Part shown: in pieces, positions 1-13,030 of the stretch
Numbering within the stretch: the first letter of the stretch is position 1
Layout: the number at the start of each line of letters is the position of its first letter
Assembly: GCF_964204645.1 (NCBI RefSeq)
Contig: NC_134036.1
Span: 1,178,001-1,242,000 of the forward strand
Length of the DNA stretch: 64,000 nucleotides
DNA from: Tubulanus polymorphus
Lineage: Eukaryota > Animalia > Nemertea
Direction: 5' to 3'
Program-made: the position numbers and the translations under genes
The notes under the pieces: model-generated
Told to the model about the DNA's origin: nothing
The model's database searches: none
What the model saw: the letters and a program-made list of their open reading frames with translations, nothing else

Positions 1-292
1 TTGAGAAACGTATCTCTCTGTAACGTATTTGAGTCAAGAGATGAACCTAGTCCTGTCTACAGGAAAGCTGGTGACCCTGTTCAAACAGGGACTTAACAAG
101 AGTTAGAAGATTAACTTTGTGCTGTCTACAGGAAAGCTGTACTACAACCCAGGGGAGCTGCAGTTGCTCCAAAGTTGATGAAAGATGTTAACCAGTGGAT
201 AAATACCATAGTAACAATGAACTTTTAATTTTCACTATGTCAGCTTTCCACTGATTAACTTTAACCGGGCAACTTGACCCTGGTGGCCAGAC

Positions 293-337
<45 letters not shown>

Positions 338-343
338 CAGCAG
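293..343. repeat. (CAG)n microsatellite
   Basis: About 16 CAG/AGC units with one TAG interruption. Confidence 0.95.
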
Positions 344-508
344 CCCAAGAATTAACTTTAAGTCTAAGCATTTGAATCTAACTGATGATTTTGTGCGATC
401 TGAAATGTTCTTAAATCTAAAGACTGACGTAAAGTTTTTAGATTGGCCATAGAACTAAGAAGTTCTCTTAGGCTGGTCTTAAATCTAAGCCGTGTCTAAA
501 CAACTTAC

Positions 509-581
509 CACTGATTTTACACGAATATATCTTTATCTTGTAGAGTTGGTGCGAGGATATGGATAAAGATTTCGGCGCCAT
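509..581 (-). CDS. Probable first coding exon of a gene continuing off the left end of the window (MAPKSLSISSHQLYKIKIYSCKIS...)
   Basis: Start context aaaATGGCG at 581, open frame to a perfect G|GTAAGT donor (exon ends 509, phase 1). CpG-rich promoter-like DNA at 590-850. No homology recognised. Confidence 0.4.
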
Positions 582-1744
582 TTTGGTAGAAACGAGTCAA
601 CACCCGGTGCATCGATTACGCGTGAACGGCGCGCTGCGTAATACGCCACATTTCTCGCAGTCGTTCGGATGTCGGCGCAAAACGGCAATGAATCCGCAGA
701 ACAGATGCGAAGTTTGGTGATCGTCCGAAAATCGGAACGCACGAAATTAAAAAGAAAAGCCGCAGAAATTAACGCGTGTGCCATTTTTACCGCACGCAAA
801 CATCGCCAGAAAATACCCATCCAGTTGTTGCGAGAGCACGGCCGGATAAAAGAAATTTCTGAATAGTTAATGTCTGAATTTCATCCGGATTTTAGAAAAG
901 AAAAACCCAAGCGATTCTTTTCATTTTGTATTAAGTTTTTTACAGTTTCAAAAACATTTCTCGACTATTTTGCATAAAACTAGAAAAACCAGTGTCAAAA
1001 ATACAGTTTCCATAGAAATTTACAATCGGGGTCTACCGAGGTTAAAAACAACTTTTTAATATTCGTCAATGTGCCTTCTTAATCTTTACCATTTTGCCTT
1101 AAGAAAAAAGGTGTGCAAACCGTACCTTTGAAATAGCTTTGAACCTTTTAAGAACCTTGCGCGCAAAACGTCATAATTCTAACATATTGAGCAGTTTCTA
1201 GTATTTAAAATATTTTATATGTTATTTTTTGCATCTAGTTATCGGGTTACGCTTATTTATCGGAGATATTTTGTAAAGGGTATTTGACTGGTATTCCTAA
1301 GTGCCTTGAACTACATCGCAACAATGTAGTTCGTTTGTACAAATATTTTCAAGCTTTGGAAACAATGTTTGGTGTAAATAATTTTTGTAGATAATTTGTG
1401 CACGAAGTTTGCGTCGTGTTTTAATTCGTAAAACCCATCTGATTCGGTCCAGTTTCGCAAAAGAGTTATCTTTGAAATCAAATGGATTTCTTCATGAATT
1501 CATTATATCTTAAATCAGTTTAGGCCTTATAGTAAAAGTAATATAGTAAGTTTAGGCTTTTAGTAAAACTGGTTCCCGGAACATCAAACCATGGCCAGTC
1601 TTTTTAAAGCTATTGCATTACCAATAGATCAATCCTTCAGTAATCTTTCAATAAGATTAAGAATGATTCGAATTTTGACCTGATGATTAAATCTAACCTA
1701 CAGCTTTGATGCGACAAGGTTCCAAAGGTGCAGATATGAGGCTG

Positions 1745-1945
1745 ACAAATAAAAAACCCACAGTTGATTTGTAGAAAAGTTTATTTTCTTACAGTTTCGG
1801 GATTACTTCTAAACCTCATCTTCAGAGACACTAAAATGATAGAATAATGAATTACAGTAATTAATGAATATAGGGGTTACCAAGGAGCTAAGAAACAATA
1901 TTACTTTTCTACATATCTACTGTGGGTTTGTATTTGTTAACTGTA
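1745..1945 (-). mobile_element. Penelope-like element terminal remnant with degenerate hammerhead-like core
   Basis: Minus strand CTGAAGA...CGAAAC motif (about 1793-1825) inside an imperfect ~40-bp inverted repeat (1741-1780 vs 1903-1941). Confidence 0.35.
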
Positions 1946-3918
1946 CACTGAGATTGATATTAGTTCACTACAGGTATCAGGCTGATTCGGTTCCTTGGTT
2001 AGAATTCAACAAAGAAGCAACTAGCCGTTGATCAGATGGCGTTTGCGTTGTGTATATTACGTTTTATCCAACGTTGTCAACCCATTTTACTCGTTAATCT
2101 ACTCATTGTATTGTTTTCTAGACGATGGTTACGTACCATCTTTTACATATTATTTTGTGTGTGCGGTGCATGGTACCATACCATTTGGAAATTCAGAGCT
2201 GCCAACTGTTCCTTTTTTTGGTAGGCCTATTTTGTTACTGTTTTATAATGAGAAATACTTATTTGATGCCTACAGAAATTTGAAAAATGTTACTGAGGGT
2301 CTTACTGTTGATTACTGAACAGAAATATGAAAGATATTACTGTTGGTCTTTCTGTTGATTACCAATTAATTTAAAAAATAATTTTCGTTCATATTTCAGT
2401 GACATGTCACTGTAAAAAAATTCAATTTGTTACTGATAGCACTGAACAGAGGTTGGCAGCCCTGGAAATTTACTGATAATATTCATTATAACTTTTTGTA
2501 GGAACTAACTTTAGCAATAAACTGGTGTTGGGTGTAGAATTACTACTAACAAATTACTAATAATAATAACATAATATTATGCAAATATTTCATCGTCGTA
2601 AGGCGACAAATATCGTCATGGTTACGCTGCCGTTGTCGATAAATGAAAAAAATCCACGTCATCCAAAAATACGTTGTACATATATAGATATTTTATAGAT
2701 AATCAGGAGGTGCTAGGAGCGAATGGGTAGAGACCGAAGAGAGGGGGGAGAAATGGGGGAAGGGTTAGGGTGAGAGTGTGGTGTATGTGAGAGTGTCAGG
2801 TTTGTGTGAGTGTCTGTGAGTGTCTTATTTTACCACAAGTTGCTATGACGCTTGTAATGCCAAACAATGAAATCCAAGTCTTCCATGGATGTTGTGTATA
2901 TCGATTATTAAAACTTAAAGGAATATATATTATATCTAGATTATTATAAACTAATTGATTATTAACTCATTAATATTTTATTATAATTAACAAGGTGCTG
3001 GTTTGTTCGTAGTTAGAAATGTCTTTCATATAGCAGTAGTAGCTTTTTGTAGGTATATTTTTCTATATACGGGCAGCATATAGTTTTTATATGGCTTCTC
3101 TTGTTGGCGATTTGGCCAATTTTTCTGGTGTTCCTGGCTTGAATAAAAGAAGTTTAGGGACCCAAACGCTCAGATATAAGTTGTAATAGTGTTATAAACG
3201 GTATGCATATGAACAGGAAAGCCTCTTATGGTGATTAGAGTGGTCTGCTGACTATGGGGCTTCTGTGATTGGCTAACCTTAGTTCCCATGTGATTTAGTG
3301 GTCTGCTAGGATTGCTGTGATTGGCTTACCCTAGGTTTCAATATTGGCCAGAGTGGTTTGCTAGGGTTTCTGTGATTGGCTAACCCTAGTAGCTGGTCAC
3401 TGATTGGTCAGTGGTGGTCATGTGACCTCAGTGATTAGTGATCAGGTGTCATACACTACTATATACTGCCAGTTTGTAAACAGTGAATTTAGGGACCCAT
3501 TCAACATTCATACAGTTCATAAATAGCTTAACTTAAACCAACATAACTTAAATGAATAATTAGCTTTGGAATGCACTAAATTCAGTACAATTTCAGCAAG
3601 TTTTCGAAGTTAATAATGAAATGAGGCAATCAAATGCTTGAGTCCTGGATTGGGGCTGGCTGTTAGATTAGGTCGCTATTTCAACTCGTATCTGAGACCT
3701 TGGTTGGAAAATATTCCAACACAACTGCCTATCTGTCTATGCAAAAAAAAACATAACCATTTTACCCTCTTTTTTCATAGCTATGGGATTATCGACTCTG
3801 TTCAAGGTATATTTTTGATATAAAGTCCATCAAAATATTTTTGCATGTATATTTCGCATGGTGCTGGGATTATTCTGTTTGATAACGAAGTCTTCCGAAA
3901 GGATTTTTTAAAACAAGC

Positions 3919-4058
3919 GGGGCTGTAGCTGTTCAAAAGTTGGTAAGAGTTAATCAGTGAATAGTAGACACAGTGAAAATTGAAAATATGTTCATTGTCA
4001 CTATGGCATTTATCTGCTGGTTATCTTTAACCAACTTTAGACTGTAACTGCAGCCCCC
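3919..4058. mobile_element. MITE, family B (~140 bp)
   Basis: Terminal inverted repeats ggggctgtagct...aactgcagcccc. Related copies at about 150-280 and 15410-15540. Confidence 0.6.
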
Positions 4059-4742
4059 GATATATCCATTTTCTGATGTAAGCTCCTCCTAAAACAGACA
4101 AGGGAGGTACAAGGGAGGTATGTGCTGCCTCTCTCCTACCTCCCTGTGTACAGATACTTAACGCAGACCCAGTTCTACAGTGTGGTGATTAAATTTGACT
4201 TATTGGTTTGTGCTATTGCAGATATCAATAAATCTGCTGTATGAATCTCAGACCTCTGACCTCAACATCCCCATTCTTTCAACTGTTCTCAATCGTTCTA
4301 ACAACTTCTAGAACCATATGAACTTGCAATGTAGAACTGGGTCCAAAACTTTTAAGTCCTCAATGGTCTAAAGACTCGTTTTCTGTATTTTTGACACTGG
4401 TTTTTGGGTTGATATCAGTTTCCGTTCTTACACATTTGTGATTGCCAATGACATCTATTGAGAAACACTGAAACTCCTCTGTATCTTAAAGAAAACAGCT
4501 CCCCCTGTGTGTGATGCGTAGAACTACATTAAGAAATCTCAAAAAAATAAAATTCTAAATCAACGAAATGAATGTTTTATTTTCTGGTTTCATTAGAGAC
4601 TCGTCCGAAGTTGTATTTTACGGGCGATGAGTCCATTCTGATATTGTTTTTAATTTTAGTTCTGGATCCAGTTCCAACTCAGCATCTGTGGTATAAGAGT
4701 TAGTAGATGACTTAACTCTTATTCACAGGAAATAGATCCAGA

Positions 4743-4880
4743 GGCCGGTTGCACAGTCATGGCTTAGATCCAAGACAAGTCTAAGACCAACTTAGTTCTA
4801 GAGCCAATCTAACAACTTAAGATTAGGTCTAAGATTTAAGACCATTTTTGGACTTAAGTCACGACTGTGCGACTGGGCCC
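4743..4880. mobile_element. MITE, family A (~135 bp)
   Basis: TIRs ggccggttgcacagtc...gactgtgcgactgggcc. Further copies at about 6878-7012, 16896-17038, 345-490 and 29855-30310. Confidence 0.7.
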
Positions 4881-5722
4881 TAGGTTCTAAGAGGCTTAAT
4901 TTCAGTCTGGTCTTTTTGTCTTGATTCTATGGAGCTCCTGTAGATGGCACTGATGTTAATTTCCTAGCACTGATAGTTTAACGACTAACCAAACATTTTT
5001 ATCGTTTACATTATGAATATCTTTTATTGTATATAAAAGGTTTCCCATTAAAATAATAATTCAAACAGGATGAAGCTTGTTTTTCCATATATGGACGAAG
5101 GCTATGTAAAAAATTTAAATAATATAATAATATCTTATCGTATTACCATGATTATTATTAGCATAAATTAAAAACTAATTCATAATTTATTGAAAATTAC
5201 AAAACAATTCCTATGGATAATCATATTATGTCCACTTTTGGCCCACCCCCAAATTAACATTTATTGAATAGCCCTCTCACTTATGATGGCTGGAATGCAT
5301 AGCAGTTGGAATACAAATAAATAGATCTTTTTCTCTGGAATTGAATCTACCTGATAGTTCCAATAAGACGGATTTATAAAAATACTGACATAGAATAGAA
5401 TAGATAATTATTTTCCTCTGAATTAAAATAGTCAATTGAAATTCTAAAATTATGTTAATATATGTACATAAATTTGCATTAATTCCATTCGACTTCTGCG
5501 AAAACCTGTTTTTTCGACATAACATAATTTATGAAATCGTTGATAGTCATTATTCTACAATGTATTACATGGGTTACAGTTCGTATAAATATAGATGCAT
5601 CGTAAATACTAGAATACAATGTTACAAACACTGTTTCAATATGGAATTAATGATAAAATACAAATGTATATTTATAATTTAGTATGGACGTTTTGATAGG
5701 ACGGTAGACGACCAAACCAAGG

Positions 5723-5890
5723 ACCCAGTGGCACACCATCCTATAAACCGGGTAGTGGCACACCATCCTATAAACCAGGTAGTGGCACACCATCCTGTAA
5801 ACCAGGTAGTGGCACACCATCCTGTAAACCAGGGAGTGGCATACCATCCTGTAAACCAGGGAGGCACACCATCCTATAAACCAGGCAGTA
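5723..5890. repeat. 27-bp minisatellite, about 6 copies
   Basis: Unit gtagtggcacaccatcctrtaaaccag. Confidence 0.9.
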
Positions 5891-6359
5891 GCGTACACTG
5901 ATGATCAGTGTGCCCCTATCCGGTTTAGAAGGTACCACTGCTTAACTCTGCTAACCTCAGCACTATACACAAACCTGTCCACCTTAGTTTCACTGTTGGT
6001 AGCTTGATTATAATTTATAACTAATTCATCAGACACATATATTGGAAAAATTCTCTATCCAAATTCACATTATCTAATCGCATGCTTATAGAATAAGCCG
6101 CAAATAATTTAGAAATTATCTTTATCAAATAAGCGCGACTCCAGGACCGCAGTTTCACAGTTGTCACACAATCTAAACCACGGATAATGGTAATTGGGTA
6201 CTTCACATTCTCAAATGATGTTAACCTTTGCTGCAACTGTGAAACTCGGTACTACAAGGAATTCATTACGATATGTTTACTAATATAAGGTACGAATGCC
6301 ACTTATTTATAAAAATATTGAGCTCAGTTAATTCTCTTGGTCCATTGCGCTAATCAGCG

Positions 6360-8237
6360 TTACTGTCGCGCCGTAAATATTGCGATAATTGTCAATGCGA
6401 ACGTCGATAGTGTCATCGCTGACATATAGGTGGCGGCGTTGCAGTCGTTGCCCTTACAGCAGGTGGCGATGTGCGTACCGAGATCCGTCATACGTCGATT
6501 GTTGACGCACTCGCCGTCTTTAATACATTGTCTCACAACATACGTTGTACCACCGTAAACCATCAGCAGTTTCTGTGTGAAATGAAGAGGAAAGAAAGAA
6601 AAAAACTTAATTATTCTTCATCTTAATCAGATTTTGAATCTGTAACATAATATGAAACAGCAATGTTGTAATACCATGGATCCAGAGAATTTTAAGTGAC
6701 ACTTGTTGTTTCTAGCAAAACCCAGGGAGAAAAGGACAAATCTATCTTAACTTGCACAGACTGAGGAGACTATCAGCAAAAGTCTGGCCTCAGGGCCTGT
6801 GTAGGGCATCTAGTAAAACAGTGACTACACAGGACCCTCTTCTGATAAAACAGGCTACAGAAGACTTCATAGTGAAACCCAGTTGGCCAGTAGTCATGGC
6901 TTAGACTTAAGACCACTCTAAGACCAACTTTTGTTCTAATAGCCAATCTAACAACTTAAGACCAGTCTTAAGATTGAAGACAACTTTTGGACGTCAAGAC
7001 TGTGCAACTGCACTCAGGGTCTACAGGATTTTCATGGGCATATAGATACTTCCATCGAAACTCTGCATCACTGACACAAGACATCAATAAAGCGACCTGT
7101 ATGATACTGAAAGGTGAGTTTCCCAAGTTACCGTACCATGCATTCTTGTTTTTGGCCACCTTGTGTTCTGTCATTGCATTTTTTCATGCTGGTCGACTTG
7201 GCGTTGAACGGATCGAGGCAATCCTTCGTGTAGACATCGCCATCGATCAGAGCTCCATCAGGTTTAGACGTGTCGCCTTTACATTCAAAACATTCCACAG
7301 CATCAGAAACTACAGAGGACACAAAACATAGATATGTGAATTGTTTGTTTGTTGGTGTCTGTCTTCAGCATTTCAGGTAAGAACTTTGCAAATATAAAAC
7401 TTTATCTAAATCTAATAATAATAATAATATTAATGCTAATTTGTATAGCACAGTAATTCCGTTCAAACACGCCTCTCCAAGGAAAATGTGCATTATCGAA
7501 AGACCTGTGTTTTGGCAAATAACTTAAAACTCTACAACGGACTTGCTCGGTGAAAACAAAACTAAACCTAGTCATATAGTAGGACCCTATCAATTAGAAT
7601 ATTCTAAGGTCTTGGAATGTGTGGACCTAGCTATATATCTGTGAATTAAGTCACAATTTATTTAACAATGCTTAGGGTAAGATTATCACTTTAAAAAAAC
7701 TAGATTCCTTTCAAAAATTCCTTTCATGTTCTTTTAATCATTTTGTATTAATAGATCAATAATTTAGATGTATTTTCGCGTGCTGTGCAAAGAGTATTTC
7801 GCAACAATGTAAATATTCTATTCCTGAACACCTCGGCAAGACATTGTTGCAGCAATACATGATGACATGTATTTTAGATTATGTGCAGATTATGTTTTAA
7901 ACGATACAAATTAATTGAATCAGTAGAAAGCATTGAAAGCGTATGATTCATATACTTTCTCACACAAATAGGCGTTTCTATCTTCGCCATGGACCTACGT
8001 ATGTTAGTGTACTATACATGCATAGGTAGGGCTGGGACTGGGAGGAAATCGCTTCGATTACGATCTAAAATCAGTACATTTATCAGCGTCGAATGTCGTA
8101 TGTAAGAATTCCTACTAGTTGTAAATTTTATGGCGATTTCATAGTAGTAAAATCCGCGATCGATTCTCACCTGCGATCATAGAAAATAGAGCTATCGATA
8201 CCAACGCTAAACCGTAAATATTGATGTTAGACGCCAT
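6360..8237 (-). CDS. GPI-anchored Ly6/uPAR (three-finger, quiver/sleepless-like) protein, 150 aa, 3 coding exons
   Basis: Exons 8237-8171, 7309-7137 and 6572-6360 join in frame with GT-AG introns (453 nt). Product MASNINIYGLALVSIALFSMIAVSDAVECFEC...DCLDPF...ECMKLL...VVRQC...TCCKGNDCNAA plus a hydrophobic tail: signal peptide, 10 Cys, the LU-domain CCxxxxCN signature and a GPI-type C-terminus. Confidence 0.9.
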
Positions 8238-8788
8238 TTTGAATAGTTTGATCTGTTACCGACAGATGGCGAATGTGTCACTTCCTGTTTCACACGCGCG
8301 CGAGACCTAGCGTTTCAAAATAAGATTAAAATAGATAAAGTAACTTGCAACGAAAATTTAAAAAAAAGACAAAAGACTTAGTAAACCGTAGTGAAATTAG
8401 AATATCAATATGGGAAACTTCAATAAGGAGAAACATTTGCAAATAATTAGGAAGGATGCGGTGTAGAAAAATTGTAATATTACTCAAGGGTTATCACCAT
8501 GGATGCCTTATTGCAGGGATATCTTATCTTCGGGACTTCTTTGTTTTACTTGGTTGTAGGCCGTCTTTTAGTGTCTTTTGATAATTCACTTATTGGGTAT
8601 CTAAAATGTCTGTTCTGGCCTAGCTGACAGTGTTTAATTTTACTGAATCGTTGTGAAGTTACTGAAAATGAGAATTTTAAGTCGACTTTCATTGCTGTTC
8701 ATTGGCTTTCACAACCGTGGCGTCACGGTCTTTTGTCCGAATGTGAATGGTCAGCGAATATGTGCGAATGTTTACCGGCTACAATCGG

Positions 8789-9060
8789 GCGGACCGGATG
8801 GCTTAGTCGGTCGGCGACTAGCGTGTCACCGCTGTGGCCCAGGTTCGAGTCTCGGAGGAGGCGGGTCAGGATGTGGCAAATGATCTCCGGTAAGCGGGCG
8901 AGTCGAGAGTACTGTCCTCCCTGGAATGAGGTTGCTAATGCGTGAGTCCTACAAAATATCTGGCGTGGGGTAAATTATTATTAATTCAGTCGTTTCTGGC
9001 TGAATTATTTATTTATCCCACAATGCCGGTCCAGGTTGCGGAGTAATTCCCCCAGGGACC
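8789..9060 (+). mobile_element. tRNA-derived SINE-like element
   Basis: Pol III A box (TGGCTTAGTCGG) and B box (GGTTCGAGTC) at tRNA spacing, no intact cloverleaf, followed by a non-tRNA body. The 3' boundary is approximate. Confidence 0.5.
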
Positions 9061-10616
9061 TTCGACTTTTTTACAATATTAGTTTGTTATTTTAAGTTGA
9101 GTGGTGAGGGTTTGGGAAATTTTTATATCTATTTAATTGCTCGAACTGAAGAAGAAATCCAAGCGACAATTCGGTGGTATGTGCATGCAACGCGGACGAT
9201 GATCAATCACAGGTCTTTCTCAACTGATGACAGAATTTCGATGATTTTTTTAACGTCACCAAATTCCAGTCAGAGTAGATGTGCACGCGGCAATGTTTGG
9301 TGAACGTGTGTATAAATTCGGCTTCAAAACGACTCTATCCAATAGAGAATAACTCACTGGAGACCTGGCATACGCTCTACTACACAATAGTGCCGCGTGA
9401 CTGCACAAACTTCGATATCCCAAAGCAAAACTCGAAAATAGTAAAATTGAGCCGGTATTATAGTTCAAAACCAGACGTAAATAGAAGGGAAATCTACACT
9501 AAAGTTTGTTGGATAGTTTAGATAAAATTCAGCGTACAATTTTAGGCTAAAATCGTAGCATTCGATATTTCTATCTTTAACAATATGTGTCTCTATGAAT
9601 ACGCGAATTAAACTCGATGACCTGTAAGCCCCATTGAAATGTTTGGCACGAATTGAATGGTTCTCGAGAATTAGCGTCACGGACTCGGGTCTGCCACAGG
9701 AATGCGCGATCGAGCTCTCTGATTGACCCATTCCGGTCGCCTCGATGATGCACCGTCGTTGATTGGTCGACGTAGGTATTAGAAGCGCGGTTCGAGCCTC
9801 CCGATGCCAGTCCGAGAACTGACGTCCAGAGATGAAGGTCAACCTATAAGAGCTCTGCAATAAGGCGTGAAGTGTGGCTTCAAGCGAACAACCTACTAAT
9901 TAGCGGCTGGTGATGTTAGGAGAGACTGGAACGTGAAGGAATTTGTGACGCCTAGCTATTGAGAACGCAAGATGAGACTGGCAGCTGTTGGTGCTGATGA
10001 TTGCGGAGGAGATCCCGCTGCTGCTGCTGTTGCTGCTGTTGATGTCGGATTTCAACTACAAACCGATGACGGCTCACTTGCTGATGAGGACGAGTTGCTG
10101 GTGTTGCCGATTTCCGATGTTCTATTTCAAGACGCACACATTTTGATCAGGTTAGAAATTTCATATAGAACTCTGAATCGAATCTTTCGAAAATTATCGC
10201 GTTTTGATTGTTGAACCAAATTCGGCTTAATTTGAATCGAAATTGCATTTTGAAATTCAACGTTTTGTTTTTTAATCTCAAATTCTAGTTTTCAAAACGC
10301 TTTTGGTTTTTGTCAGATTTATTTCTGGAATTCCTCTTGGTTATATTAGTCGCAATTTTATGCATTATGAATATTGTCTTTTTAGGGTTAAACCGAAACC
10401 AGTTCGCTACTACTGACAACTACATGTACACGACTCGGTTTGTCGCAACGTCCTGAACTAGTTTGCTGCAGGTGCTGCATTGGGAACCGCATCAACCCAC
10501 ATTTTGCTGTTTCGGTATCTTTACATTAAGATAAGGTAATTATATTAAACTACACCCATCCGGAATCGTTTTTCAGTTCATCCGATTTCTTTTTCAGCCG
10601 GCAATATTTGAGTTAC

Positions 10617-11137
10617 AACATCTTCAAACCTCGAGACGCAGACTCTACTCCCGACTACGGCACCATCTTCAAACCTCGAGACGCAGGCTCTACTCCGACT
10701 ACGGCACCATCTTCAAACCTCGAGACGCAGACTCTACTCCGACTACGGCACCATCTTCAAACCTCGAGACGCAGACTCTACTCCGACTACGGCACCATCT
10801 TCAAACCTCGAGACGCAGACTCTACTCCGACTACGGCACCATATTCAAACCTCGAGACGCAGACTCTACTCCGACTACGGCACCATCTTCAAACCTCGAG
10901 ACGCAGACTCTACTCCGACTACGGCACCATCTTCAAACCTCGAGACGCAGACTCTACTCCGACTACGGCACCATCTTCAAACCTCGAGACGCAGACTCTA
11001 CTCCGACTACGGCACCATCTTCAAACCTCGAGACGCAGACTCTACTCCGACTACGGCACCATCTTCAAACCTCGAGACGCAGACTCTACTCCGACTACGG
11101 CACCATCTTCAAACCTCGAGACGCAGACTCTACTCCG
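10617..11137. repeat. 44-bp minisatellite, about 12 near-identical copies
   Basis: Unit caccatcttcaaacctcgagacgcagactctactccgactacgg. Explains ORF 10608-11171. Confidence 0.97.
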
Positions 11138-11512
11138 TCATTATTTCGTTTTGTCGCATGTTATAAAGTAACGTAAATAAATAAACGTCCATGTATATAT
11201 AAAGTACTCGTCTTCCCTAACAATCTCTGTCTCGGGCATTTTTCCCCGGAAAGGACTCTTCCGCTTACAACTTCTCACGTTCAAGAAGGAAAGGACAAAG
11301 TCAAAAAGGAAAGGACAAACGCAAAGTACAAATCAAAGCATTTATTCCAAATTCAAAGTAGGAATTTCTTACAGCTTGTTTGCAAAAGTAAAATTCAACA
11401 TTTTATTGAAACATCAAAAATTCCAACAGCTTGTTAAGAAGTAAATTCAATATTTTATTTAATCGAAGTAAATTCAATATTTTATTTAATCATCAACAAC
11501 CAATAAATAAAA

Positions 11513-11578
11513 TTATGGGATTTGAACCATCAACCATTCGGCTAGCAGTCCAGCACCCTACCAACTACGCTATAGGGG
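11513..11578 (-). pseudogene. tRNA-derived relic / SINE head
   Basis: Minus strand TAGCGTAGTTGGT (A box) and GGTTCAAATCC (B box). The acceptor stem does not pair. Confidence 0.45.
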
Positions 11579-11689
11579 ACGTACTGACAACATACAGAGG
11601 AACTCCTATTTATCCATTGCTTAAGCAAATTTTATCCAAAAAATAATGCCATCTACCGGGTGAGACAGGAACTACAGTTCCTATCTCAA

Positions 11690-11910
11690 CCCGGTAGATG
11701 GTAGAATGAGAGACAAAGTAAGGAGAAAGGAGAAAGGAGAGATGAGAGAGTAAGGATAGGTAGATGGTAGATGGTAGAATGAGACAGAGTAAGGAGAGAG
11801 GAGAATGAGAGTGTAAGGAGAGATGAGAGTGTAAGGAGAGATGAGAGTGAGGAGGGGAATGAGAGAGTGAGAGATGAGGATGAGAGAGGATAGAGAGAGG
11901 ATAGGATGGC
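11690..11910. repeat. Purine-rich (GA) low-complexity tract
   Basis: GA/GGA-rich run. Similar tracts at 14290-14565 and 19820-20210. Confidence 0.85.
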
Positions 11911-12307
11911 ATATCACCTGAACTTCTATGTTCCTTGTTGTTTTCTATTTAGGATGCTGTCAGCAGTTGTTTTTAGTTCAAACAGATATTTATCCCATCA
12001 GCAGCAATGTTATTATTTCGTCCTCGTGGACATAAAGTTCATTATAACTGAAGTCAAGTTCTCCCAATAATTGTTCGTTCGTTTGTTTATCCTCAAGTTC
12101 TCCCAATATTTGTTCGTTCGTTTGTTTATCCTCTCGGTGAGTTCTAACACTGCCACACATATTCATTCAGTTCATCTGATGTAGTTCTGATCAACAAACA
12201 CCAACGTCATATTTCCACCGTGTTGACAAACGCGATGACAAACGTCCTAAAATATACATGAAACGCACCAATCAAACATACAGAGTTAGAGTTAGAGTTA
12301 AGTCTAG

Positions 12308-13030
12308 TTACCGGTGTATCTGAGAAATGCCCCCAGTATTTTTTGTCTCTGATAATGATGAAATTTAGTATAGAAATGTATTTTGGGGTGCTGATCACAA
12401 ATCTGAAAGAATTTTTCAAATCCAAGGCTCCAAATATGTGAAATTTGAAAATTTAGGGGACCCCAAAAATTTTCAAAAGGCTCTGGACCCCAGAGTTTTC
12501 GAGGTATTCAACATCTGATTGCAGATTTGGAATCAGCACCCCTGAAAGTAGTAAGGACTAAAATTTCAAGCAAATCGAAGAGATTCGATTTTTTTGCCAA
12601 AAACGGCAAAAATCTAAGGTGTAAGTCCAGGAGTTTTTTTTGGGCGAAAAATTTTTTTTCTCTGATTCCTTCGAAACTTGGTAGGAAGATGTATTCTGAA
12701 GTGTAGATTCCGGATCCGCAATCAGATTTTGAATCGGAGTTCATCTTCATGGCCAAATAAGGGTTTTAATGCCCAAAATATGCACCCCAAAAATGGGGTA
12801 CAAAGTCAAAAATTCTTTTGTGCCCAATTTTAATAAAATTTGGTACACCCATGGTTTTTGGGGTGCTGATCACGAATATGAAGTTAGTTTTTGGATCCGA
12901 GGCTTCTTAAGAGAGATATTCAGGATTTCGTGTTTGGACCCCTTATTTTCGTCACTAATTTTGATGATATTTAGTCCAGAAATACAATTTTTTTCTATGT
13001 ATTGATACCATATGTTCAATAAATTTTTAA
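12308..13030. mobile_element. Non-autonomous DNA-transposon-like sequence
   Basis: Internal direct and inverted motifs (ggggtgctgatcac / tcagcacccc), no ORF. Lies between two copies of a duplicated segment. Boundaries approximate. Confidence 0.4.

Noticed and set aside
9600-10214. GC-rich segment and 80-aa ORF (MRLAAVGADD...)
   Set aside because: No recognisable domain and no supportable downstream exons. It may be a repeat or non-coding exon, but I cannot call it.
10608-11171. 187-aa ORF and CRISPR-like regularity
   Set aside because: Head-to-tail 44-bp units with no unique spacers in eukaryotic DNA. The ORF is a by-product of the minisatellite.
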